64,000 nt of DNA from assembly GCA_050250955.1 (NCBI GenBank), contig JBFWNR010000003.1, positions 525,120 to 589,119 of the forward strand, given 5' to 3'. The notes under the pieces were generated by a model that searched no databases, had not been told where the DNA came from, and saw only the letters and a program-made list of their open reading frames with translations. Positions 24,816 to 33,018 of this stretch are shown piece by piece. This stretch comes from Vicinamibacterales bacterium (lineage in GTDB: Bacteria; Acidobacteriota; Vicinamibacteria; Vicinamibacterales; UBA2999). Made by a program: the position numbers and the translations under genes. Each line of letters starts with the position of its first letter. Positions within the stretch are counted from its first letter, which is position 1.

Positions 24816-26219
24816 CTAGCGCCGCGTGCCCAGGACGAGCAATGACATGCCGAACGACGGCCGGGACGCCTCCTCGCGGCGCAGCAGCGGCATCAGCCAC
24901 TTGAACGCCGAGAGCTGGCCCTTGGGGAGCACGGTGCGCTTCAGGACCCGCGAGTTGAGCCACCAGCCGACGACCCCGGGCCGGTTGAGGAAGCGGATGT
25001 CGGTGACCTCGAATCCCGAATCCTCGACCAGCTGCGTCAGGCCGTCCTTGTCGTAGCGGCGGAAATGGTGGAGGGCGACGTCGAGCGACCCGTAGAGCGC
25101 CGGCATCGCCGGCACCAGCAGCACCAGGCGCCCTCCGGGTTCGAGCACGGCGGCGAAGTCGCGCAGCGTCGCGGCGTCCTGCTCGATGTGCTCGAGCACG
25201 TTCATGCACACGATCGAGTCGATCCGCTCCTGCTTGAGATCGGCCAGTTCGCTGTCGCCGAGCGGGAACACGAAGGAAGCGACGCGGACGTTCTGGCTGT
25301 CTTCGAACCGCCGGCGCAGCTCGCGCAGGTAGTGCGGCTCGATGTCGGAAGCCACCACCCGCTCGCGGTCGGCGAAGTAGCGGGTCTGGTTGCCGACCCC
25401 GGAGCCGACCTCGAGGACGCGCCGGCCGAGGAAGGCGTCGAAGCGGTCGTGCAGCCAGCGGTTGTACGGCGCCAGCTGTTCCATCCGCCGCAGCGTGATG
25501 CCGCCGACGTCGCCGGCCGGCGCCTCCCAGCGCATGAACCGCAGCAGGGTGTAGACGGCCTTGAAGGCGTCCTTGAGGCCGATCTTCTTGCCTTCCTCGT
25601 AGGTGCGGCCGTTGTAGGAGATCGGCACTTCGTAGATGCGGGCGCGCATCCGCGCCACCTTGCAGGTCATCTCCGGCTCGATGCCGAAGTCGCGCGAGCG
25701 CAGGTCGAGGCGCTTGGCCACGTCGCGCACGAAGACCTTGTAGCAGGTCTCCATGTCGGTGAGGTTGAGGTCGGTGACGGCGTTGGAGAGCAGCGTCAGC
25801 AGCCGGTTGCCGATCGAGTGCCAGAAGTAGAGCACGCGGTGGCCGCCCTGGGCGCCGAGGAAGCGCGACCCGTAGACGACGTCGGCCTTGCCGTCGAGGA
25901 TCGGCTTGAGCAGCAGCGGATACTCGCCGGGGTCGTACTCCAGGTCGGCGTCCTGGATGATCACGATGTCGCCGGTGGCTTCGGCGAAGCCGCGTGCCAC
26001 CGCGGCGCCCTTGCCCTGGTTGACGGCCTGGAGCAGCACGCGCACGCCGCCGCGGCCGTCCATGCCGCGCAGGATGTCGCGGGTGCCGTCCTTCGACCCG
26101 TCGTCGACGATCAGGATCTCCTTCTCGATCGCCCCGAGATCCACGCCCTGCACGCGGCCGACGATCTCGCGGATCGTCGCCTGCTCGTTGTAGCAGGGCA
26201 TGATCACCGACAGTTTCAT
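24816..26219 (-). CDS. Bifunctional family-2 glycosyltransferase / class I SAM-dependent methyltransferase fusion
   Basis: I chose the ATG at 26219 ([12 protein letters not shown]); the track start at 26228 is a TTG. GT2 motifs are [10 protein letters not shown] and DADLEYDP. The C-terminal methyltransferase motif I is [10 protein letters not shown], followed by [12 protein letters not shown]. Confidence 0.85.
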   Translation of the reverse strand: MKLSVIMPCYNEQATIREIVGRVQGVDLGAIEKEILIVDDGSKDGTRDILRGMDGRGGVRVLLQAVNQGKGAAVARGFAEATGDIVIIQDADLEYDPGEYPLLLKPILDGKADVVYGSRFLGAQGGHRVLYFWHSIGNRLLTLLSNAVTDLNLTDMETCYKVFVRDVAKRLDLRSRDFGIEPEMTCKVARMRARIYEVPISYNGRTYEEGKKIGLKDAFKAVYTLLRFMRWEAPAGDVGGITLRRMEQLAPYNRWLHDRFDAFLGRRVLEVGSGVGNQTRYFADRERVVASDIEPHYLRELRRRFEDSQNVRVASFVFPLGDSELADLKQERIDSIVCMNVLEHIEQDAATLRDFAAVLEPGGRLVLLVPAMPALYGSLDVALHHFRRYDKDGLTQLVEDSGFEVTDIRFLNRPGVVGWWLNSRVLKRTVLPKGQLSAFKWLMPLLRREEASRPSFGMSLLVLGTRR

Positions 26220-26227
26220 GCCCGGCA

Positions 26228-26233
26228 ATTATA
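26228..26233 (-). promoter_or_regulatory. Perfect TATAAT -10 hexamer 8 nt upstream of the GT2-methyltransferase ATG (possible leaderless transcript)
   Basis: The minus strand reads GGTATAATTGCCGGGCATG. There is no SD between the hexamer and the ATG. Confidence 0.4.
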
Positions 26234-26235
26234 CC

Positions 26236-26298
26236 GGCCACGTGCGGGCCGCCCGCCGCGGCCGGGGACCGCTCGGGTCGGACGAGCCGCACGTGGCC
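26236..26298 (-). terminator. Long-stem hairpin downstream of the CHRD gene
   Basis: GGCCACGTGCGG (26236-26247) pairs perfectly with CCGCACGTGGCC (26287-26298), with a 39-nt loop. Each arm contains CACGTG. Confidence 0.45.
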
Positions 26299-26325
26299 GT
26301 CGGCGGCGCGCGTCGCGCCGTCAGG

Positions 26326-26811
26326 CTACGGCGCGACGGTGAGCTGTCCGCGGATCTCGCCGCCCGGGTTCACGGCGGTGTGGATGTTCAGGTAGGTCTG
26401 GCCGCCGACCAGCGACTGGATGAAGTCGTCCATGTCGCGCACGCCCTGGTCGGCCCGGGCGCGGAACATCGCCTGGGTCACCGTGCCGCTCAACACGTAG
26501 TCGTTCGAGGCGTTCTGCGGCGGCGTCAGGTCGATGACCACCGGCCCGGCGACGCCGGTGCTGCCGACGTGGAAGTGACCCGCCGTCGTGCCGCTCGGCA
26601 GGTTGAAGATGTGGATGGTGTAGGTGACTTCCCGGGTCGCCATGTTGACGAAGACCTCGGCGGTGCCGGCGGCGCCGGTGAGGACCTTGTTCGGGGCTTC
26701 CTCGCCGCCCGAGAGCACGGCGGTCAGCCGGAGGGTCTGGGCCTGGGCCTGGGCGCTGAATCCGACGAGCAGCGCGGCGGCGGCGATCAGGCTCTTGGTG
26801 GTCGGTCGCAT
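26326..26811 (-). CDS. Secreted CHRD-domain protein
   Basis: I chose the internal ATG at 26811, which has AAGGAG upstream. It has a signal peptide (MRPTTKSLIAAAALLVGFSAQAQAQ) and CHRD-like blocks (LSGGEEAP...GHFHVG...YLNIHT..NPGGEIRGQL). Confidence 0.75.
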   Translation of the reverse strand: MRPTTKSLIAAAALLVGFSAQAQAQTLRLTAVLSGGEEAPNKVLTGAAGTAEVFVNMATREVTYTIHIFNLPSGTTAGHFHVGSTGVAGPVVIDLTPPQNASNDYVLSGTVTQAMFRARADQGVRDMDDFIQSLVGGQTYLNIHTAVNPGGEIRGQLTVAP

Positions 26812-26973
26812 GGGTGGCACTCCTTGAGGGGCAGATCGAGGCCGCGGCCAGTCCGCGGCAGGCGGACATGTGACGCAGGATCCGAGCCAGCCGGTCCCAC
26901 CGTCGTTGCCGCGCAATTCACCCGCGGTCCGCGACGTCGAGATCGCGCCGCTTACGGTCCGCGAAAGGCCTTA

Positions 26974-27003
26974 CGGGGATGGGAAGCGCCGTCCCGAGCC
27001 CCG
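26974..27003 (-). terminator. Possible hairpin just after the trkA stop
   Basis: The outer stem is CGGGG...CCCCG and the inner stem is GGGA...TCCC. There is no clear U-tract. Confidence 0.3.
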
Positions 27004-27006
27004 GTG

Positions 27007-27684
27007 CTATCCCTTCAGCATCTGCTCCAGGTTCCCCAGCCGCTGGTTGCTGCCCAGCAGGGCCAGGACGTCGCCCTCGCGGACGATGTCGTCGGGGCCC
27101 GGCGACACGGTGGTCACCTCGCCCGGGGCGGCGTGGGCGCGCTTGATGGCGATCGTGGTCAGGCCGAACCGGGCCCGCAGGCCGATCTCGCGCAGCGACT
27201 TGCCGAAGAACTCGGCCGGCGCCGGCACCTCGACGATCGAGAAGTCGCCCGACAGCTCGATGTAGTCGAGGACGTTGGGGATGACCAGGCTGTGGGCGAG
27301 GCGGATGGCCATCTCGCGCTCGGGGAACACCACCCGGGTGACGCCCAGCTTCTCGAGGATGCGGCCATGGAGCGGCGTCACCGCCTTGGCGACGAGGTTG
27401 GCGATGCCCAGTTCCTTGAGCAGGGTGACCACCAGCAGGCTCGACTCGATGTTCTCGCCGATCGAGACCACCGCCACGTCGACGTCCTGGATGCCGGCCG
27501 CCCGCAGCGCCCGCTCGTCGGTGGCGTCGAGCCTGACAGCGTGCGACACCTGGTCGGCCAGCGCCGTGACGCGCTCCTCGTCGCCGTCGATGCCGATCAC
27601 CTCGTGACCGAGCTGCGCCAGCGTGGTCGCCATGGCGGAACCGAACCGCCCCAACCCGATCACCGCGAACGTCCGCTTGGTCAT
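27007..27684 (-). CDS. trkA: TrkA/KtrA-type potassium-uptake regulatory subunit (RCK_N + RCK_C)
   Basis: I chose the ATG at 27684 (MTKRTFAVIGLGRFGSAMA), which starts a Rossmann GxGxxG. The protein is 225 aa. The track embeds it in the artefactual 627-aa ORF 27007-28890. Confidence 0.88.
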   Translation of the reverse strand: MTKRTFAVIGLGRFGSAMATTLAQLGHEVIGIDGDEERVTALADQVSHAVRLDATDERALRAAGIQDVDVAVVSIGENIESSLLVVTLLKELGIANLVAKAVTPLHGRILEKLGVTRVVFPEREMAIRLAHSLVIPNVLDYIELSGDFSIVEVPAPAEFFGKSLREIGLRARFGLTTIAIKRAHAAPGEVTTVSPGPDDIVREGDVLALLGSNQRLGNLEQMLKG

Positions 27685-27695
27685 GACTCTCCCCG

Positions 27696-29048
27696 CTAGC
27701 CGATGAGCACCCGGCCCTCCGGGTAGCCCAGTCTGGCCTGGGCCCGCGACCGCTTGGCGACGGCGATTGCCAACGTGAGCGGACCAACCCGGCCGACGAA
27801 CATCATCGCCATCACCAGGAGCTTTCCAGCCGGCGAGAAGAACGCCGCCAGGCTCACCGGCGCCCCGGCCTCGCCCATCGACAGGCCGACGGTGCCGAAG
27901 GCCGACGTGGCCTCGAACAGCGTCTTCAGCAGGTCGCGCCCTTCGGTGAGCAGCAGCAGCCAGGCCACCCCGTTCATGACCACGAAGGCGATGAGCGAGA
28001 TGAAGAAGGCCTTGGCCACCGTCTCGGCCGCCAGGCGGCGGCGGAACAGCACCGCGTCGTCGGCGCCGCGCACGGTGGCCCACAACGCCGCCAGTGTGAT
28101 CGCGAAGGTGGTGGTCTTGACGCCGCCGCCCGTACTGCCCGGCGAGGCGCCGATGAACATCAGCGCCATCATCACGAACAGCGTCGGCGCGGTCAGCGCC
28201 CCGATGTCCAGGGTGTTGAAGCCGGCCGTGCGCGTCGATACCGACTGGAACCACGCCGCCAGGACCCGGTCGGCCAGGCCCAGGGGGGCCAGCGTCCGCG
28301 GGTTGTGCCATTCGAGCGCCAGGATCGCCACCGTGCCGATCCCGAGCAGCACCGCCGTCGTCAGCAGCACCAGCCGGGTGTGCACCGACAGGCGGACGCG
28401 GCGCCGGTCGATGCCGATGAGCTCGGCCCACACGAAGAACCCCAGGCCGCCGGCGATGACGAGCCCGGTGACCACCAGGTTCACGATCACGTCGCCGCGC
28501 CACGACATGAGGTTGTCGCTCCACAACGTGAAGCCGGCGTTGTTGAAGGCCGACACGGCGTGGAACACGCCTCGCCACAGCGCCGGCGCGAAGCCGAGAT
28601 CGGGCCACCAGCGCAAGGTCAGCGCCAGGGCGCCCAGCCCTTCGAAGGCCAGGGTGAGTTTGAGCACCGTGCCGGCGAAACGCACCAGGCCCTCCATGTC
28701 CTGCACGTTCAGCGCTTCCTGCAGGGTGAGCCGTTCCTGCAGGCTGACCGAGCGGCCCAGCGCCGACACGAAGACGGTGCTGAGGGTCATGTAGCCGAGC
28801 CCGCCGGCCTGGATGAGCAGCAGCACCACGACCTGCCCGAAGGTCGAGAAGTCGACCGGCGTGTCGAGGGTGATGAGGCCGGTGACGCACACCGCCGACA
28901 CCGCGGTGAAGAAGGCGTCGACGGGCGCCACCTGGCGGCCGGGGGCCGCCGCGATCGGCAGCGACAGCAGGAGTCCGCCCACCGCGATGATGGCCAGAAA
29001 GCTGAACGCCAGGAACTGCGACGGCGACAGGGGCCGACGGCGACGCAA
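27696..29048 (-). CDS. trkH: TrkH/KtrB-family potassium transporter membrane subunit
   Basis: It is a polytopic 450-aa ORF with TrkH-like blocks (TAVSAVCVTGL, STRTAGFN, GASPGSTGGGVKTTT). The start codon at 29048 is a TTG, so the start is uncertain. There are 11 nt to trkA. Confidence 0.85.
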   Translation of the reverse strand: MRRRRPLSPSQFLAFSFLAIIAVGGLLLSLPIAAAPGRQVAPVDAFFTAVSAVCVTGLITLDTPVDFSTFGQVVVLLLIQAGGLGYMTLSTVFVSALGRSVSLQERLTLQEALNVQDMEGLVRFAGTVLKLTLAFEGLGALALTLRWWPDLGFAPALWRGVFHAVSAFNNAGFTLWSDNLMSWRGDVIVNLVVTGLVIAGGLGFFVWAELIGIDRRRVRLSVHTRLVLLTTAVLLGIGTVAILALEWHNPRTLAPLGLADRVLAAWFQSVSTRTAGFNTLDIGALTAPTLFVMMALMFIGASPGSTGGGVKTTTFAITLAALWATVRGADDAVLFRRRLAAETVAKAFFISLIAFVVMNGVAWLLLLTEGRDLLKTLFEATSAFGTVGLSMGEAGAPVSLAAFFSPAGKLLVMAMMFVGRVGPLTLAIAVAKRSRAQARLGYPEGRVLIG

Positions 29049-29062
29049 GGGGCGATTCTAGA

Positions 29063-29096
29063 ACAGGGACCGGGGATCGGGGACCACGGACCGGGG
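29063..29096. repeat. Heptad tandem array (ACAGGG ACCGGGG ATCGGGG ACCACGG ACCGGGG), G-rich on the + strand
   Basis: Read directly. It fills the gap between the trkH start (29048) and the stop of the upstream gene (29099). Confidence 0.85.
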
Positions 29097-29098
29097 AA

Positions 29099-29782
29099 TC
29101 AACGCAACGCCCCGAAATCGAACGATGCGCTGCCGAGACTGGTGGCGCCGTCCTTCACCACGACGTCGAAGCGGCCGCTTGCCAGGCGGGTGGCGTCGAA
29201 TCGAGCCAGCACCCAGCCGCCGGTCACCGTGTCGCGGCGCACGGTCACCGTCGGCGCCGGCGGCGGGAACGGCCACCACGGCGCGTCGGGCGGCGGCGGA
29301 TCGAAGAAGCCGCCGAAGCGTGGAATCCGGTCGGTGGTCTCGGCGACCAGCGGCGTCCGGTCGCCGCCGCCGTCGAGCGGCGCCAGCAGCACGTCGATGA
29401 GCGGCACGCCCACGTAGGTGTTCATGGGATGGAACACGAGGTCGACGATCACCTCGAGCTGGCCGCGCCACGGCTCGAGCTCGGTGGTGAGCTGTCGCAC
29501 GCTGTAGCTGCGGTCGCCGAGGCGGATCTTCTCTTCGGTCCGCAGCACCACCCGGCGGTACTCGCTGACGATCGAGATGCGGCTCACGGCGCCCCCGGGG
29601 GTCCGGGCGTAGCGGTCGTGGAAGGCCTGCCGCGCCTCGTGGCGGGCCATGCGCGCGAAGACGATGGCGTCGTCCACCCCCTGGGTCGGCAGATTGGCCT
29701 CGATCGCCCGGACCGCAGGAGCCGACGCCAGCCCGGCCGCGATCACCGCGGCACCCAGGGCCACCCGGTGCGACATCGGCAT
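29099..29782 (-). CDS. Secreted hypothetical protein (227 aa)
   Basis: I chose the internal ATG at 29782 (MPMSHRVALGAAVIAAGLASAPAVRA, a signal peptide). I recognised no family. The remainder of track ORF 29099-30565 is antisense to the SDR gene. Confidence 0.5.
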   Translation of the reverse strand: MPMSHRVALGAAVIAAGLASAPAVRAIEANLPTQGVDDAIVFARMARHEARQAFHDRYARTPGGAVSRISIVSEYRRVVLRTEEKIRLGDRSYSVRQLTTELEPWRGQLEVIVDLVFHPMNTYVGVPLIDVLLAPLDGGGDRTPLVAETTDRIPRFGGFFDPPPPDAPWWPFPPPAPTVTVRRDTVTGGWVLARFDATRLASGRFDVVVKDGATSLGSASFDFGALR

Positions 29783-29812
29783 GACCGCAGGATACCAGCC
29801 GCCCGGGCTACG

Positions 29813-30574
29813 ATGGCCGGACGGAGGCGGAACGTGGAACTGCGAGGACGAGCGGCGCTCATCACCGGCGGGGCGCGCATGGGCGCGGCGATTGCCGAGA
29901 TCCTGGCCGACGGCGGCGCCGACGTGGCGTTCACTTACCGGATGTCGTCCGAAGCGGCGGACCGTGGCGCCGGGGTGGTGCGGCAGCGCGGCCGCCGCGC
30001 GCTGACCCTGAAGGCGGATCTCGCCGACCCGCTCGAATGCCGCACCGCCGTCAACGAGGCCGCCGCGGCGTTCGGCCGTCTCGACGTGCTCGTCAACATG
30101 GCGTCGCACTACGCGCACGTGCCGTTCGACGACCAGGACGAGGGACACTGGGATCGCCAGCTGTCGATCGACCTGCGCGCCGCCTTCCTGTGCAGCCGGG
30201 CCGCCGTCCCACACATGCGCCAGGCCGGCGGTGGCCGCATCGTCAACTTCTCGGACTGGGTTGCCGCCAGCGGCCGTCCGCGCTATCCCGGCTATCTGGC
30301 CTACTACGTCGCCAAGGCCGGGGTGAAGGCGCTCACCGAAGCCCTGGCGCTCGAACTGGCGGGCGACCAGATCCTCGTCAACGCCGTCGCGCCGGGCCCG
30401 ATCCTCGCGCCGCCCGACATGACGCCCGAGGAACGCGCCGCCGTCGAGCGCGCCACCCCGGTCGGGCGCTGGGGCGGCGAGCAGGAGATCGCCAGGGCGG
30501 TGGCGTTCCTGGTCACCACCGACTTCGTCACCGGCGAGACCGTGCGCGTCGACGGCGGCCGCCACGTCAAGTGA
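29813..30574 (+). CDS. Short-chain dehydrogenase/reductase (SDR)
   Basis: I chose the ATG at 29813. Motifs are ALITGGARMGAAIA (cofactor-binding motif), the catalytic YYVAKAG (YxxxK), and NAVAPGPI. Confidence 0.82.
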   Translation: MAGRRRNVELRGRAALITGGARMGAAIAEILADGGADVAFTYRMSSEAADRGAGVVRQRGRRALTLKADLADPLECRTAVNEAAAAFGRLDVLVNMASHYAHVPFDDQDEGHWDRQLSIDLRAAFLCSRAAVPHMRQAGGGRIVNFSDWVAASGRPRYPGYLAYYVAKAGVKALTEALALELAGDQILVNAVAPGPILAPPDMTPEERAAVERATPVGRWGGEQEIARAVAFLVTTDFVTGETVRVDGGRHVK

Positions 30575-30579
30575 CCGCG

Positions 30580-30945
30580 ATGCGCTTCAGCCAGGTGGTG
30601 CCGATCCTGCGGATGTTCGACGAGGCGGCGACCCGCGCGTTCTACGTCGACTTCCTCGGCTTCGCCGTCGACTGGGAACACCGCTTCGCGCCGGACCTGC
30701 CGCTCTACCTGCAGGTCAGCCGCGAGGGGTGCGTGCTGCACCTGAGCGGCCACCACGGCGATGCGACGCCGGGGTCGGCGGTGCGCATCGCGACCGCCGA
30801 TCTCGACGGCCTGCGGGCCGAGCTGCTGGCCAAGGCGTACCGCCACGCCCGCCCGGGCATCGTGACCCGGCCGTGGGGGCGCGACATGGCCGTCGCCGAC
30901 CCGTCGGGCAACCGCCTGATCTTCACCGCGCCGGCCCCGGCGTGA
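30580..30945 (+). CDS. VOC/glyoxalase-superfamily protein (bleomycin-resistance-like, 121 aa)
   Basis: The ATG at 30580 lies 5 nt after the SDR stop. Supporting blocks are VPILRMFDEAATRAFYVDFLGFAVDWEHRF...LHLSGHHGD...DPSGNRLIF. Confidence 0.75.
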   Translation: MRFSQVVPILRMFDEAATRAFYVDFLGFAVDWEHRFAPDLPLYLQVSREGCVLHLSGHHGDATPGSAVRIATADLDGLRAELLAKAYRHARPGIVTRPWGRDMAVADPSGNRLIFTAPAPA

Positions 30946-30985
30946 TCCGGGCGACGACGGCTGCCACCTGCGCTACCGTAGGCCG

Positions 30986-32254
30986 GTGAACCGCACGCTT
31001 CGCCTCTTCGTCGCGGCGGGCGCGATCGCCGCCGGTTCGTGGGCGATGTCCGGGTGGCCCGTGGCAGGCGCCACCGTTGCGGCGCAGCCCGCGGCCATCG
31101 CGGCCGGCGACACCGCCATCCGGCCGTTTCGCATCGCCGTGCCCGACGCCGTGCTGCGCGACCTGCGCGCCCGGCTGCGCTCGCCCCGGCTGCTGCCGCC
31201 TTTGAACGGCAGCGGCTGGACGCTCGGCACCGACGTCGAGTACCTGCGCCGACTGGTCACCTACTGGCGCGACGGGTTCGACTGGCGGGCCGCCGAGCGG
31301 CGGCTGAACGCGATGGAGCAGTTCACGACCACCATCGACGGCCTGCGCGTGCACTTCGTGCATCGCCGCTCGTCCCACCCGGGGGCGATGCCGCTGCTGG
31401 TGACCCACGGCTGGCCGGGATCGATCGCCGAGTTCACGACGATCATCGGCCCGCTCACCGACCCGCCGGCACACGGCGGCGCCGCCGCCGACGCCTTCCA
31501 TGTCGTGATGCCGTCGATTCCCGGCTTCGCGTTTTCGGAGGCGCCGCACGAGCCCGGCTGGGACCCGGCGCGGATCGCCCGCCTGGAGGCGGCGCTGATG
31601 GCCCGGCTCGGCTACACGCGCTACGGGGTGCAGGGCGGCGACTGGGGGGCGATCATCGGCACCCAGGTGGCGGCGCGCGATCCCGGGCACGTGGCCGGCC
31701 TGCACTTGAACATGTGCACGGCGGCGCCGCCGGCCGGCGATCCGAACGCCGGGCTCACCGCGGCCGAGCTGGCCCGGCTGAAGACGCGCCAGGTCTTCCA
31801 GGCCGAGGAGACCGGCTATCAGCAGATTCAAGGCACCAAGCCGCAGACGATCGGCCTGGCGCTCAACGACTCGCCGGTGGCCCTGGCGGCGTGGATCGTC
31901 GAGAAGTTCCGCACCTGGTGCGACTGCGACGGCGATCCCGAACGGGTCTTCAGCCGCGACGAGCTGCTCACCAACATCACGCTCTACTGGGTCACCCAGA
32001 CCGCCGGGTCGTCGGCGCGCATCTACTACGAGAGCCGCCACCCGACCACGCCGCCGCTGCCGGGCCGCATCGAGACGCCGACCGCCTGCGCCGACTTTCC
32101 GAAGGAGATCATCTGGGCGCCGCGGCGCTGGCTCGAGGCGCGCTACAACCTGACCCGCCATACGTCGATGCCCGCGGGCGGCCACTTCGCCGCTCTCGAG
32201 CAACCCCGGCTCCTCGTCGACGACGTGCGGGCGTTCTTCCGCACGCTGCGCTGA
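30986..32254 (+). CDS. Epoxide hydrolase (EH N-terminal domain + alpha/beta hydrolase), with an N-terminal signal-like segment
   Basis: It starts at a GTG. It has the HGWPGS oxyanion motif, the nucleophile elbow QGGDWGA, and N-terminal EH-domain blocks (FRIAVPDAVLRDLRARL..., YWRDGFDWR). Confidence 0.82.
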   Translation: MNRTLRLFVAAGAIAAGSWAMSGWPVAGATVAAQPAAIAAGDTAIRPFRIAVPDAVLRDLRARLRSPRLLPPLNGSGWTLGTDVEYLRRLVTYWRDGFDWRAAERRLNAMEQFTTTIDGLRVHFVHRRSSHPGAMPLLVTHGWPGSIAEFTTIIGPLTDPPAHGGAAADAFHVVMPSIPGFAFSEAPHEPGWDPARIARLEAALMARLGYTRYGVQGGDWGAIIGTQVAARDPGHVAGLHLNMCTAAPPAGDPNAGLTAAELARLKTRQVFQAEETGYQQIQGTKPQTIGLALNDSPVALAAWIVEKFRTWCDCDGDPERVFSRDELLTNITLYWVTQTAGSSARIYYESRHPTTPPLPGRIETPTACADFPKEIIWAPRRWLEARYNLTRHTSMPAGGHFAALEQPRLLVDDVRAFFRTLR

Positions 32255-32277
32255 CCCGCCGACGGAAGGCTGCATCC

Positions 32278-32952
32278 GTGCCGACGCCGTTGGTCGACAG
32301 CGACAGCCTGTTCCGCCTGATCCACGTCGTGGACATCCTGGCGGTCGTGGTGTTCGCCGTGTCCGGCGCGCTCGTCGCCTCGCGCAAGCGCCTCGACGTG
32401 ATGGCGTTCATGTGGTTCGCCGTCATCACGGGCGTGGGCGGCGGCACCGTGCGCGACCTGCTGCTGGACGTCCCGGTGTTCTGGGTGCAGAACCCCGTCG
32501 CCGTCACCGCCAGCCTGGTCACGGCCGTCGTGATGTACTTCGTGACGCCGCTGGTCGAGTCGCGCTACCGCGTCTACCTGTGGTTCGACGCGTTCGGGCT
32601 GGCGCTGGTGAGCGTGGCCGGCACCGTGAAGGCGTCCGATGTCGGCGCGCCGGCCCTGGTGGCGATCGCCATGGGCGCGATCACGGCGTCGGTGGGCGGA
32701 ATCATCCGCGACACGCTGGGCCAGGTGCCGTCGGTGCTGCTCGGCCGCGAGATCTACGTGACCGCCTCGGTGCTGGGCGCCTGCAGCTACGTGGGCGCCG
32801 CACACGCCGGCGTCGGTCGTCAGGCGGCGATGGTGGCGGGGTTCCTGGTGGCCTTCGCGGTGAGGGGGCTGGCGATGCGCTACGGCTGGGCACTGCCGGC
32901 CTTCCGCCAGTCGACGGCGTCGGTGCCGTGGAGCCGCGACTCGCGCGACTAG
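32278..32952 (+). CDS. UPF0126/YadS-type (TRIC-like) membrane protein
   Basis: The GTG at 32278 is in frame within the artefactual ORF 31039-32952. It has duplicated glycine-rich blocks (ITGVGGGTVRDLL and ITASVGGIIRDTL). Confidence 0.75.
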   Translation: MPTPLVDSDSLFRLIHVVDILAVVVFAVSGALVASRKRLDVMAFMWFAVITGVGGGTVRDLLLDVPVFWVQNPVAVTASLVTAVVMYFVTPLVESRYRVYLWFDAFGLALVSVAGTVKASDVGAPALVAIAMGAITASVGGIIRDTLGQVPSVLLGREIYVTASVLGACSYVGAAHAGVGRQAAMVAGFLVAFAVRGLAMRYGWALPAFRQSTASVPWSRDSRD

Positions 32953-33018
32953 AACGTCTCGCGGCACGATCGTGGAAGGCGGGCGGCGCTCCGCCGCCCG
33001 CCCCCACGGTGTTGTCGC

